From the NCBI RefSeq assembly GCF_009914755.1, contig NC_060938.1: a DNA stretch of 64,000 nt, one strand, 5' to 3'. Below the pieces are notes generated by a model. It did not search any database. It saw only the letters and a program-made list of their open reading frames with translations, and was not told the DNA's origin. How positions within the stretch are numbered: the first letter of the stretch is position 1; every line of letters begins with the position of its first letter. The translations under genes and the position numbers were made by a program. Below, one piece after another: positions 8,770 through 21,237 of this stretch. Source of the stretch: the human T2T-CHM13v2.0 reference genome, Homo sapiens.

Positions 8770-10500
8770 ATCCCTCCCTCGCGTCCCCATAGTGACCTTG
8801 GGAAGCGGGACGGGAAGGAGCCTAGGCTGGCAGGGGCGCTGGAGGAGGATGGAGGAGGAAGAGGGTCTGCGGCGGTGCCCGGGGCGCTCCTACAACCGCA
8901 CGCACCCACCTGGACGGGGAACTTAGCTGCGGGAGAAGAGCGAGGTAGCGGAGCGCCGCGGGATCCTGGAAAGCGGCGGGAGAGGCAAGGGGGCCCTCTC
9001 TTGCTCCCGCGCGCGCACACACAGACCGAACAGATGCAGCTGCCCCTGCAGCCGCCGATCCAACTTAACTGAGTATCCGGCGGTGTGTGGAGGGGGTTGG
9101 GTGAGGTGGAGGGCGAGAGGGGCTTTGGACCCGGTACAGCCTGGCTCCCGACCGCTGCAGGCACCACTGCGCACCTGACTCCTCCCTGGCCCCCTTCCGG
9201 CACCTGCAACCTTGCCTCTTGCCCACCCGCTCCAGGCAGCTGAGGTCCGCTGGAGGCGCGCCTTGGCAGAGGGGCGCCCTCACTCCAGCTGCGGCTCCTA
9301 CTGCCGGGCCAGCGTGCTGCTGGGTGCGCCCCCTGCCCAGGACCCCCCTCCTCCTGTCCCTCCTCCGCTTCCCCAAGCTCCAGTCAAACCCCACCACCCG
9401 CTCCGTGCTGGGAAGCAGAGGTGGGAGGCCGCTGGGATGAAGAGAGAGAGACCAGGGAGAGGTGAATGGTGGATTCCAGGGCTGGGGCGGGGATTCGGGG
9501 CCTTAGGCACAGGTCCCCTCTTGCAGTCACGGCCAGGGGCTCGCTCTCGCGCAATCCCCGCCCTCACTGTCTCGCCTGTTGCGCCCGGAGTGAGGGCGAC
9601 CCGGGGGACGCGGGATTAGCTTAGCCCGCAGCCCCTGTGCCAGCGAAACCTTGAACATTAAGTGAAAGGTGGGGGACACAGTGAAAGCCGCTGAGGCGGG
9701 AGTGTACGGATCCAGGTGAGGGGACTGGGCACGGCAACTTCCCTGGCGCGCCAGGACAATGCCTGGGAACCCAGGATTGTCAGGGTCGCCGGGGGTGGGG
9801 GTGAGTAGTGTCGGTTTGCGCGCTTGGATGTGAGCGCGGGTGTACATGGCAGGGTTGGGTAGGGGTGCAGAGGGGCGCGGCAGGCAGGATGGAAGAGACG
9901 CCCCCGTTCAGCCAACGGCGTCCCTAATTCTGCGCCCAGCCCCCGCGCTGCTCCTCCGTAACAACTTTTTGAAACTGACATCCTAAATTTGTGGATTTTT
10001 TTTTCCTTTAAAAGTATCTCAATTGAAAAATAACTTTAAAGAAAACTTTGGCACCCACGAAATTTCTGCATCTCCTCCCCACTACCACCAACCCCTACCT
10101 ACCTCCGCGAACGCTCCTTCTCATCCCGAAACCGCCAGGAAGCAAAGGAGATCGCGGCAGGGACGCGGCCCGGCGCCTGGGAGAGTCCTCCCTGACCTCC
10201 CCGCACGCGCGGCTGGCCGGGACTGGAGCTTGGTGGCGCGGAGGGTGGCCTGGGACAGCGTCAGCCTCCCGGCCCAGCAGAGACCGCTCCAGCCGCTCCG
10301 CGTCCCTACCGGTGGCTTGGGGGTCCCCTTGGACGCGCCAAGCGACCTCTCCTACCCGGAAAGCCTGCGCCCCCTGGGCTTCCTGGAGCTTCCCAGATCG
10401 AAACTCCAAAAAGCGCTTTCGCGCCGCAGCGCCGGGACCTGCAGCGCCAGCCACTCCCCGCACGGGCCGCACTCGCTCTGGTCGCAGCTCCAGGGAAGTC
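8770..10500. promoter_or_regulatory. Second CpG-rich domain immediately 3' of the DIO3 polyA site
   Basis: Dense CG dinucleotides in non-repetitive GC-rich sequence. Confidence 0.7.
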
Positions 10501-10513
10501 CCACCACCCCCAC

Positions 10514-10643
10514 TTTTTTTATTTCTCTCTTCTTCCTTCCCTTCCTCCCTGCTTCCCCTTCATCTTTCCTTTTCTTTCTCTCTTACTTTCCCCTCCTTCT
10601 TTTTCTGTTTCTTCCTTTCCTTTCTTCTTTCTCTCTTTTCCTT
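10514..10643. repeat. Polypyrimidine low-complexity tract
   Basis: Almost entirely C/T. Confidence 0.8.
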
Positions 10644-12862
10644 GAAAATGTCCCCTATGAAAGCAATGGAAGCTCATTGCCGATACAACAGAACTCCGAG
10701 AAGGAACTAAAACCAACCCAACTCTTCCTGCGTGTGGAGCCCCCTCACTCCACACTTGTCTCTCTGTGTCCCTCTCCCTCACACTTGCAAATACATATTT
10801 TGAAAACAAGGGCAGGGTGGTGTTATACTTTTGTAGCCTGCCAGTAACTTCTTAATCCCAGGGCGCCCCTTCTTTCCTGCACCCTTCTTTCCGTGTCCAT
10901 AAATAAGTCTTGAATAGCCGCGCATCGCACTCAATTGGATGACCAGCAGGGGTCCATGTGTGGGCATCCCAGATGTTAGGGATGTTTCATTATTACAAAC
11001 AAAGTCGGGGTCAGCAGCCTATGAGCGCAGCTCTGTACCCGGTTACCCCAGCTAGTAACGTGTCTTAAAGTGAAGCAGCTCCGACGAGAAGTATGTACAC
11101 CTTTAAAGAGATCTGTTTTGCCGCATTTTGCTGAGCTGCCTTCAGGAAGCCTGTTTGACTTTTATTGTTTTGTATTTTCCCATTGCTCCCTCTCTCTCCC
11201 TTTATTTTTAAGTGAAAAATTACAAAGACAATAGTTGAATCCATCCTCCATATTAAATTTTAAAAACAGAAGAACACAGAGCAGAAAATGCAAACCCTCC
11301 CTCAGAGCAGGAGCTTTCAAACTATAAATCAGGGCCCAGCAGCGGGGCATGAAATCAATTTATCAGATCAAGTCAATAATCTGTCAATAATTGGAATCAA
11401 GTCAATAATCAAGTCAATAATTGGAAGAATGAAATAAAATAAACACAGTAAGAATAGCAGCGTACATTTCACCTAGGGTAGCTGGAGTTTCTGCAACTTT
11501 GGCTTCAGTTATACCTATCACGTGTGAGTGAGTGTGTGTGCATATGTGTATGTGGGAGTGTATGTGTGAGCATGTGTATGTGTGTGTACCAGGTGGTTGA
11601 AATGAAGCGTATTTCTCCTGAGGGATCAAAAATGTTTGCAAGCCACCACCTGATCATCCCCATTCCTCCCTCAACCAGGACAGCCCCTGGTGACTGTTGG
11701 GTGCGTTTCTCTCCAGATTCTATTTCACATATTGACCATCCAATATGTAATATTCTCAGATGAGAACAAGCACATTCTCAAACATATTTTCCCTAATTGC
11801 AATCATGCCACATAGTGTTTGATGACACCACCACCCCCCCACCCACACACACACACATACGTACTCTGTTCTCATGCCGTTCCTACCCTGGCCCCCTCAC
11901 CTGTCAATCCATCTAATCTGAGCAGGTCTGCACCTGTAGGTTGATTTGTGCCTGGCACCATCTGGATGGCTGAGGCCCCTTGAGGAATGCTGGGATCAGT
12001 GGGGAACAGAGTGAGGAGACAGCCATTGCTGGTGTCGCAGTTGCCATCACCCTCACAATTAGTATCTTTTCAAGGTCCAGTGTGGCCTTAGCAGATGGTT
12101 TAGCCTTGAGCAAGGAGAGAGAGGAGGGGCATTAAAAGAGTTCATAGAAAGGGTCTCATTTGCCCCTCGAAGGCACAGGTGGCTCCCCAGGACGGCATAG
12201 ATAGAAGGAAGGGCATCCCTGGCAGAGGGCACTGCCAGTGCAAAGCCCTGGAGGCCTGAAGGTGTATGTCATGTTCAGAAAGCAAGGAGTCCTCAGTGCG
12301 GCTACAAAGCAGGAGGGTGACAAGGGCAATGAAGAAGGGGAGAGGCAGAAAGGGGCCCAGCCAGCTTGAGAAGAGCTTTAGGCACCAGCTTGCAACTCTG
12401 CTGAGCCTTTGGGGACAGAAGCCTCTGACAGTAAGGTGGGGCAGGCAGTCAGATGGGGAGGAGCCATGGGAGGCCTGAGGATGGGGCTGGGGGCACATCC
12501 ATCTACCCACCCCGATGGGGGTGGGCAGGTGCACTTTCAGGGCTCAGGCTGGCATCTCCACCTTCCATCCAGCAACTCTCCTCTAGGAACTTACCTGGAG
12601 GGAATAACCAAACTGGTGAGCAAAGGGGTGAAGAGGTACCAGGAGGTCCATGGCCCCCTCTGATCCACCTGCAGGGGAGCAAGAAGAGCAGGGAGTGACA
12701 TTGGGGCACTTGCTCCGGGGGCCAGGGGCCAGGCAAGTGAATTATCAGGACGACCTGATTTGGTCATCCTAACACTCCTCTTACATGAATATGACCACTC
12801 ACCCCATTTCATCGACGAAGACACTGAGGCTCAGCATGTTTGGAGTGAGCTGGGCAAGGCAT

Positions 12863-13265
12863 CATGGTCTGACCTGTGTTCCTCCAAAGACTTTGTTCCC
12901 CAAAAGTCTTTGTTCCCCCAAAAGACATGTTGAAGTCCGCATTTTTGAGGAAATGCGGGTTGTTTGGAGATAGGGCCTGGAAAGAGGTGAGTACATTGAA
13001 ATGAGGTCATTAGGGTGGGCCCTGATCCAATATGACTAGTGTCCCTAAAGAAGAGATCAGGATACAGACACACAAAGGAAAGACCATATAAGGACACAGT
13101 AAGAAGGTGGCCATCTACAAGCCAAGACAGACCTCAATAGAAACCATCCTGGCTGACATCTCGGTCTTGGATTTCCAGCCTCCAGAACTGTAAGAAAATT
13201 AATTTCTTTTGTTCAAGCCGCCCATCTGCGGTATGTTGCTATAGCATGCCCCAGCAAACCAATAC
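12863..13265 (+). mobile_element. MaLR solo LTR (MLT1A-like)
   Basis: Hallmarks gaggtcattagggtgggccctgatccaatatgact and gcctccagaactgtaagaaa...ttcaagcc. Confidence 0.8.
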
Positions 13266-13859
13266 GCAAGGTCATGTACTACAAAGTGTTTTTGACCATA
13301 GGCCCGTCTGACCCCAGTGTCTGGGGGTTTCACTTCAGGCTCCCCAGCATCCCTTGCAGAGGCTAAAACAACTCAGGACACTGAGATTTTGCAGTCTAGA
13401 GTGACAGGAAAACTCAGCTTATAGGACAACAGGCCTGAACCGGGGCAGTGAGTGTGTGCTCTTTTATAAATATCTGCAGAGACGCTCACACACATACAGC
13501 TCTAGAAAAATCTACCCCGAGGTATTCGCAGTAGTTGTCTTTGTGTGGGTGGGATTATGAGTGTTTTCTTACTTTCTTCTTGTTGCTTCTCTGTAGCCTG
13601 TGATTTTTCTGTAGTGAATGTGTATTCCTCTTATGGCAGAAAAATAAAACGCAAAACAGCAAAAACAGTGGCTTTGGTAAGTGGAATCCTGGAGGCGGGG
13701 AGGCCAGGCCATGAGGCAGACAGAGGTTCTGGCTGGAGATGGTGGGTTCTGGGCTAGGCCTTGGGTAGGAGATAGAGAGGTGGAGCCGGGGGAAGGGGAG
13801 AAGGAGCAGGGCAGTGCTATGGCAGTGAAAGGCTTGGGGGCACTGGGGGCATGGCAGGG

Positions 13860-14060
13860 GTAGGCCTGCTGAATAAAGTACAGGACACCCAGTTAAATCT
13901 GAATTTCAGATAAACAATTAATACAAAATGTTTTTAGTATAAGTATATCCCATGCAAGATCTGGGACACACTTGTGCTAAACAATGATTTGTTTTTCATC
14001 TGAAATTCACATTCAGCTGGACAGTCTGGATTGTTTGTTTATTTTTCTAAATATAACAGC
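13860..14060. mobile_element. Palindromic non-autonomous DNA transposon (MER53-like)
   Basis: ccagttaaatctgaatttcagataaaca...tcatctgaaattcacattcagctgg inverted arms around a central tcccatgcaagatctggga. Confidence 0.75.
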
Positions 14061-14473
14061 CCTGAGCGGAGGAAGAGTGGACAATGGTATAATCTGAGGC
14101 CCTGGGAGGAGCGGTCTCAGAGCTCAAAGGATGGGTTGAGAACAATGAAACCATGGTCCCTGAGGTCTTCGGTTCCAATTTCCAGAAATAGTTGAATGCC
14201 TGTGGCCAGACAGAGGCCCCCAGACTCTCCAGAGACTGCATCTGATGACCTGGGGCTAAGGAAGAAATGACTATCAGCACAGCCAGCTACATAAGCTGCA
14301 GGGCTCAGTGCAAAATGAAAATGTGGGGTCCCTGTTCAAAAAGCAGGGGAGGGTGCCACTAAAGCTACCCCATATAAAGCCTTTTCCTTTCTTCCATGGC
14401 ATCTCAACTCGTCATGGTGTTTATTTGCTATATAATTCATTACAAATAAAGAAAAAGTAACATTTTAAATTAT

Positions 14474-14572
14474 GTGTTAGTCTGGGTTATTCAGTGAAAC
14501 AGAGCTAATAGGAGATAGATAGACAGATTGATTGATTGATTGATTTCGATTTACTGCAAGGAATTGGCTCAT
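14474..14572. mobile_element. MLT2-like LTR fragment with (GATT)n
   Basis: tgtgttagtctgggttattcagtgaaacagagctaatagga...aaggaattggctcat. Confidence 0.6.
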
Positions 14573-14799
14573 AAATATGACCCCAAAAGCACAGGCAACA
14601 AAAGCAAAAATAGACAAAGGAGATTGCATCAAACTAAAAGGCAAAAGAAACAATCAACAGAGGGAGGAGGCAACCTAAGGAACGGGAGAAAATATCTGCA
14701 AACCATGCATCTGATGAGGGGTTTATCTCTGAAATAGACAAGAAACACAAACAAGTCAATAGCGACAAAACAAATAACCCCAGTTAAAGAAAGGGCAAA

Positions 14800-14927
14800 G
14801 GCTGAAGGTGGTGGCTCACCTGTAATTCCAGCTTTGGGTGGCTGAGGTAGGGGGATTCCTTGAGTTCAGGAGTTCAAGACCAGCCTGGGCAACATGGCAA
14901 GACCCCATCTCTAAAACAAAAAAAAAT
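14800..14927 (+). mobile_element. Free left Alu monomer (FLAM/AluJ half)
   Basis: Left-arm sequence followed by an A tail; flanking a(a/t)gggcaaa repeat is TSD-like. Confidence 0.75.
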
Positions 14928-14990
14928 TAAATGGGCAAAGGACCTGAATAGACATCTTTCAAAAAGAAAACATACAGATAGCCAACAGAT

Positions 14991-15215
14991 ACAGCTGATC
15001 CTTGAACCATACAGGTTTGAATTGCAAAGGTCCACTTATCTGTAGATTATTTGCAATCAAACACAGGTCGAAACTACAGCATTTGCAGGATATGAAACCT
15101 GCATATACAGAGGGCAAACTTGATTTTTTGTATATGTGAGTTCCACAGGGCCAACTGATTTTGTAAATCTGTGAGTCCTGGACCCACTCCCCTGTGTACA
15201 CAGAGGGGTGAGCAT
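14991..15215. mobile_element. Tigger2-derived MITE (MER8-like)
   Basis: cagctgatccttgaaccatacaggtttgaattgcaaaggtccacttat matches the Tigger2/MER8 terminus. Confidence 0.65.
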
Positions 15216-15338
15216 ATGTGAAAAAAAAAATGCCCCACATCACTAATCATCAGGAAAATGCAAATCAAAACTACAATGAGCCATGACCTCACACCTGTTA
15301 CAATCGCTGTCAAAAACCAAAAGAGATAACAAGCGTTG

Positions 15339-15759
<421 letters not shown>

Positions 15760-16359
15760 TCAAAATATTAAAAATAGACTACCATATAATCCAGCAATTC
15801 CACTTCCAGGTATATATCCAAAGGGAATGAAATCAGTGTGCCAAAAACAGCTCTGCACTCCCAGGTTCACTGCAGCACTGTTCACATTAGCCAAGATACA
15901 GAACCAGCCTAATTGAACATCACTGAATAAATAGATAAAGAAAATGTGATACATATATGTAACAGAATATTATTCAGCCATAAAAAAGAATGAAATCCTG
16001 TCACTTTTGACAACATGGATGAACCTAGAAGACATCATGTTAAGTGAATTAAGCCAGACACAGGAAGACGAATACTGCACAACCTTGCTTACATGTAGAA
16101 TCTAAAAAAGTTGAACTCATCGAAGCAGAAGGTAGAAGAGTAGTTACCAGGAGCTGAGGGTGGTGGAGAAATTGGTAGATGTTTGCTTGTCCCTGGGCTA
16201 GACACTGTACAGGCAGCAGTGGATGCTCGCCACCACAGTGCACCAGTACTCAGGGAGGCCATGGCCAGGGCTGGGCAGAGGAAGATACCAGAGAGACGTA
16301 GCTGTGTATGCAAAGGCCAGGAAACTGCAAAACACATCATTCAGTCAGATATGTAATGC

Positions 16360-16540
16360 AGGTGTGTGCCTGTGTGTGATGTGTGTGTTATCTGTGTTCA
16401 TGTGTATAATGTGCAAGTGTCTGCACATGTGTATGTGCTTTTGTGCATGTGCATATGTGATGATGCATGTGTGTCTGCATGTGTGTTTGTGTGAGGATGT
16501 GTCATGTCTAACGTGTACATGTCTGTGCACGTGTGTGTGA
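16360..16540. repeat. TG-rich low-complexity repeat
   Basis: Degenerate (TG)n. Confidence 0.75.
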
Positions 16541-17165
16541 GAACGTATGGGGGTATACCACACAACGCCATCACTCTCTACAGCCTTGCTGAGCCCCTGA
16601 TGCTCAGCAGGCATGTCCCTGTCCCCACTGCCATCCTAACAGAGCAGACAGGATAGCTGGAGAAAAAGAAATCAACAACACAGAAAGCCTGAGAGGTGGG
16701 AAACCCAAGGAGGGAGGTCAGGGAGGGCTTCCTGGAGGAGCTGTATCATGAAGAAGAATTGGGGGAAAACCTCCGGAATGGAAGAAATGTCATGTATGGT
16801 GCCTTGGCAGTGAGGGCCATCCTGGCAGGTGTGGGCAATGGCAGTGAAGTCCACGAGACCAGGGAGGGAGAGGGCATGGACAAAAGGTGACGCTGGAAGG
16901 CACTGTGTGGAGTTGACCCTTTACCTTGAAGGCCCAGGGGAGAGATAGGAAAGCGCCATACACATAAGCAGAGGGGGAAGGAGGAGGGTATCTGTGCTGA
17001 GGGGCTGCTGCTACATCATGATGGCCTAATCACCTGAAGGAAGATGCTGGGTTTCAGCTCTATCTGGGCCACAGCCCTGTGTTCTCTGGCCTGGACTTCC
17101 TCCTCCACTTTTTGGAACTACTGGGCCCAATCATGATGCTCTGGGCAGAGCTCAGGGCTGCCAAA

Positions 17166-17984
17166 CACAGCAGTGAGGGCAACACCAGGCTCCAGCTCCA
17201 CGTGCACAGCAGTGAGGGCAGCGCCAGGCTCCAGCTCCACGTGCACAGCAGTGAGGGCAGCGCCAGGCTCCAGCTCCAGGTGCACAGCAGTGAGGGCAGC
17301 GCCAGGCTCCAGCTCCACGTGCACAGCAGTGAGGGCAGCGCCAGGCTCCAGCTCCACGTGCACAGCAGTGAGGGCAGCGCCAGGCTCCAGCTCCACGTGC
17401 ACAGCAGTGAGGGCAGCGCCAGGCTCCAGCTCCACGTGCACTGCAGTGAGGGCAGCGCCAGGCTCCAGCTCCACGTGCACAGCAGTGAGGGCAGCGCCAG
17501 GCTCCAGCTCCACGTGCACAGCAGTGAGGGCAGCGCCAGGCTCCAGCTCCACGTGCACAGCAGTGAGGGCAGCGCCAGGCTCCAGCTCCACGTGCACAGC
17601 AGTGAGGGCAGCGCCAGGCTCCAGCTCCACGTGCACAGCAGTGAGGGCAGCGCCAGGCTCCAGCTCCACGTGCACAGCAGTGAGGGCAGCGCCAGGCTCC
17701 AGCTCCACGTGCACAGCAGTGAGGGCAGTGCCAGGCTCCGACTCCATGTGCACAGCAGTGAGGGCAGCGCCAGGCTCCTGCTCCATATGCACAGCAGTGA
17801 GGACAGCACCAGGCTCCTGCTCCATGTGTACAGCAGTGAGGGCAGCGCCAGGCTCCAGCTCCACGTGCACAGCAGTGAGGGCAGTGCCAGGCTCCGACTC
17901 CATGTGCACAGCAGTGAGGGCAGCGCCCGGCTCCTGCTCCATATGCACAGCAGTGAGGACAGCACCAGGCTCCTGCTCCATGTG
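17166..17984. repeat. VNTR, 21 copies of the 39-bp unit CACAGCAGTGAGGGCAGCGCCAGGCTCCAGCTCCACGTG
   Basis: 13-aa periodicity (HSSEGSARLQLHV x21) in the ORF track, confirmed by reading the DNA. Confidence 0.97.
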
Positions 17985-18589
17985 TACCGCAGGTCCCAGC
18001 CCCCCAGCACCCTCCCTGGGGAAAGCACTTGAGCCCTCTCTAACCACCCCTGCCTGTGGCTGCACCCCAACCTTCACAGCCATCCCTATGGGGACCCATC
18101 CTCCTCTAAGGGCAATACAGAACCAGAAACCACAATGCACTATTCTTGTATGGAATACACTGAAACCCCAGAGTAGATTCCACTTAAAAGTTCCACTGGT
18201 TGCAGGAGTTTGCATACTGTTGGTCTTCCCAGATTCATCGCTAAATCCAATGCAATTCCACACAAAATCCCAAGAGGGTTGTTTACAAGTATATCCCAGC
18301 ATTCACATGAAAGAGTAGAACCAGGCATAGCCAGGAGAAATTTTGGAGAAGAAACAATTGGAGAGACATTATGCACCCACTCCTTCCTTTGACAAATATT
18401 TATTCAAGGCCTAAAATGAGCCAGTCATGATTCCTGCTCCACAGGAAACAGAACCAGCAAAGTCCCACCCAAATGGAGCTCACACTTAGCTTAGGGGAGA
18501 GTAATAATAAACACATAAGCTTTGGGTGTTAACAATAAGTCAACATCAAATAGTTTGAAGGTGTTATGAAGAAAAATAAGGTCAGCATT

Positions 18590-19120
18590 TTTGTTATTTA
18601 TTCATATGCAATGGATCACCCCAAAACACAGTGGCTTAAACCAACAGCAATTATGTTATCATCACTTCTTGTAGCTCTGGAGGCTGACTGGGCTCTGCTG
18701 GGTGGTTCGTGCCCGAGGTTTCTCTCAAAGTTGCAGTCGGATGGCTGCTGGGCTGGTGTCATCTCAAGGGCTTCACGTTTCTGGTGGCTGTGGCCGGCTG
18801 TCAGCTGGGAACTCCCTAGGCCTGAAGCTGGAATACCCACATGGTATCTCTCCAGGTGATCTGGCTTCCTGACCACAGGTCAGCCTGCCCTCTATGTGAG
18901 CATCCCAAGAGAATCCACGTGTGGCGGTGTGACAACTAAGCCTCAGAAGTTACAGAGCATCACTTCAGAAAATTCCATTTGTCCAGGCAGTCACAGGGGT
19001 CTGCCTGGCTCCAGGGAGGGGACATGGACCCCCATTTGATAGAAGTCTCAAGGTCACACTGTGGAAAGAGCATGGGGAAAAAGAAAGATGGCAGCTGCCA
19101 CCTTTGGAAAAAACATACTG
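18590..19120 (-). mobile_element. Old MaLR (MLT1-type) LTR remnant
   Basis: caccccaaaacacagtggcttaaaccaacagc...ctaagcctcagaagttacagagcatcacttc. Confidence 0.6.
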
Positions 19121-19454
19121 CCAAGTCCAGCATAAGGGAACAGAGCGACTTAGAGTCAGAATGAGGAGGCCCAGCAACATGCAGGATATACAGGTAGACC
19201 ACAGGATAGAGCAGAGCCTGCAGAGAGGCTTGTCAGCATGTGGGGGCACAGCGTGCAGTTGAGGGGCTGTCAGCCATCAGCGGGAATGGAGGGCTGCTCC
19301 GTAAATCTCGTGGGGACCAATGAGGAGAAAAGCACAGTGGAGGAGTGCCACGCAATCCTCAGAAATAAGTAGCTCATGGATAAAGATCTGAATATGAACA
19401 ACAAACTGCTCTAACTCCTAGAAAAATACATAGAAGAGTATCTATGTGCTGCAA

Positions 19455-20510
19455 GAAGACACCACCTCACACCCATTAGGATGCTACTATATTTTTTAGA
19501 AAGGCAGAAGGTAAGTGTTGGGGAGGCTGTGGAGAAATGGAAGCCCTTATGCAGTTTGGTGGGAATGTAAAATGGTGTGATAGAAAAGAGTATGGAGGTT
19601 CCTCAAAACACTAAAAATAGACTTGCCATATGATCACGCAATTCTACTTCTGGGTATATACCCAAAAGAATTGAAAGCAGGGTTTTGAAGAGATATTTGT
19701 ACACTCACGCTCATAGCAGCATTGTTCACAGTAGTTTAAATGTGGGAGCAACCTGATATGGTTTGAATGTCCTGCCCAAATCTCCTGATGAATTGTGATC
19801 CCCACTGTGATCCCCAGTGTTGAAGGTGGGACCTGGTGGGAGGGGTTTTGATCATGGGGGCGGACCCCTCATGGTTGGGTGATACCCTTGCAATAGTGAG
19901 TGAGTTCTCGTGAGACCTGGATGTTACAAAGTGTGGCATCACCTACCCCTCACTCTCTTTCTTGCTCCCGCTTTCACTATGTGAAATGTTTGCTGCTGGT
20001 TCACCTCCACCCGTGAGTAAAAGCTTTCTCAGACCTCCCCAGAAACAGATGCTGGCACTATGCTTCCTCTACAGCCTGCAGAACCAGGAGCCAATTAAAC
20101 CTTTTTTCTTATAAATTGCCCAGTCTCAGTTATTTCTTTATAGCAATGCAAGCATGGCCTAACACACAATGCAAGTGTCCATTGACTGGTGAATGGATAA
20201 ACAAAATGTGATCTGTCCATACAATGGAATATTATTAAGCCATGAAAAGGAATAAAATCCTGACACAAGCTGCAACACAGATGAATCCTGAAGACATTAT
20301 GCTGAGTGAAATTAACCAGACACAAAAAGACAAATACAGTATGATTCTACTTATATGAGGTACTTAGAGTAGTCAAATTCACAGGAACAGAAAGTAGAAT
20401 GCTGGTTGCTGTGGGTGGGGGCAGAGAGAGAAGGGAGAGTGGAGAGCGATTTAATGGGCATAGAGTTTCAGTTTTGTAAGATGAAGACAGTTCTGGGGAT
20501 TTTTAATTTA
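19455..20510 (+). mobile_element. L1M 3' fragment split by an MST LTR
   Basis: cacacccattaggatgctact, caattctacttctgggtatatacccaaaagaattgaaagcagg and tatgattctacttatatgaggta. Confidence 0.8.
19754..20166 (+). mobile_element. MST (MaLR) solo LTR
   Basis: tgatatggtttg...cagcctgcagaaccaggagccaattaaacc...ctaacaca. Confidence 0.85.
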
Positions 20511-21237
20511 CCACAATTAAAAATTATGCATATACATGCATACATATATATATAATAAATTGTGTGTATATATAACAAATTGTACATGTATATACAATTT
20601 TTTAAAATAATGTATTCATGGTCTTACATAATCTCAGGATAGGGAAAATTGTCCTATTTAAAACAGGAAAAAAGCACTCATAAAGGAAATATTGCTATAT
20701 GACCAAATTGACATTTTCTCTGGAACAGAAGATGCTGTCACAAAGCTGGGACATGCACTGTATTTACCCTGTCCCTGCACACCCGTGGTCACCTCTGCAT
20801 CTCTCTGCCCTGTGAGACAGGTGGCCATGTGGACTCTCCAGCCACAGCTCTCTTCCTTGGGCCCTGTAGGAGGGCTTGGGACTTGACCAGCAGGAGCCCA
20901 GGCAGGAGGCTGTAGGACTGAGAAGGGCCAGGTGAGGAATCTTAGTCCCAGGACCCTGCAATAGCATCACGGGGGCTTGCATAAGACCAGCTAGGCAGCT
21001 TTCTGCACACAGCTCCATCTCCCTCCAGACCTGGGGATGGCAGGGCTGTGGCTCGGTGCCTGCTTGGGGAACTGCAGCAGCCCCTGTTGGTTTCTCAGCA
21101 CCTTTGCCGTTAGTCCCTCTCTTAAACTCTCATCAAATACCCAATTTGAGGGTGCCAGTTGTTTCCCTGTTTGTTAGAAAGGGATAAGGCCAACACTGGA
21201 AGCATATTCCTGGCAACCGTAACCCATGGGAGGATAT

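Noticed and set aside
8820-9885. CTCF-like GCAG(A)GGGGCGC motifs (~8830, ~9266, ~9867)
   Set aside because: Spacing is one base off the core consensus; not supportable without ChIP data.
5100-10200. GCGGCA/TGCCGC (ZFP57 motif) occurrences as an imprinting control signal
   Set aside because: Scattered hits are expected by chance in such GC-rich DNA; no enrichment can be shown by eye.
10023-10847. 274-aa ORF with a hydrophobic Phe/Leu stretch
   Set aside because: Non-ATG start; the hydrophobic part is a translated polypyrimidine tract and the rest is CpG-island sequence.
17166-17984. VNTR as a CRISPR array or a CTCF array
   Set aside because: No unique spacers, and the DNA is human. CAGCAGTGAGGGCAG only resembles the CTCF core if an indel is allowed.
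17060-18318. 317-394-aa repetitive ORFs on both strands
   Set aside because: Artefact of a 39-bp unit (multiple of 3) with few stop codons; no promoter, splice or domain evidence.
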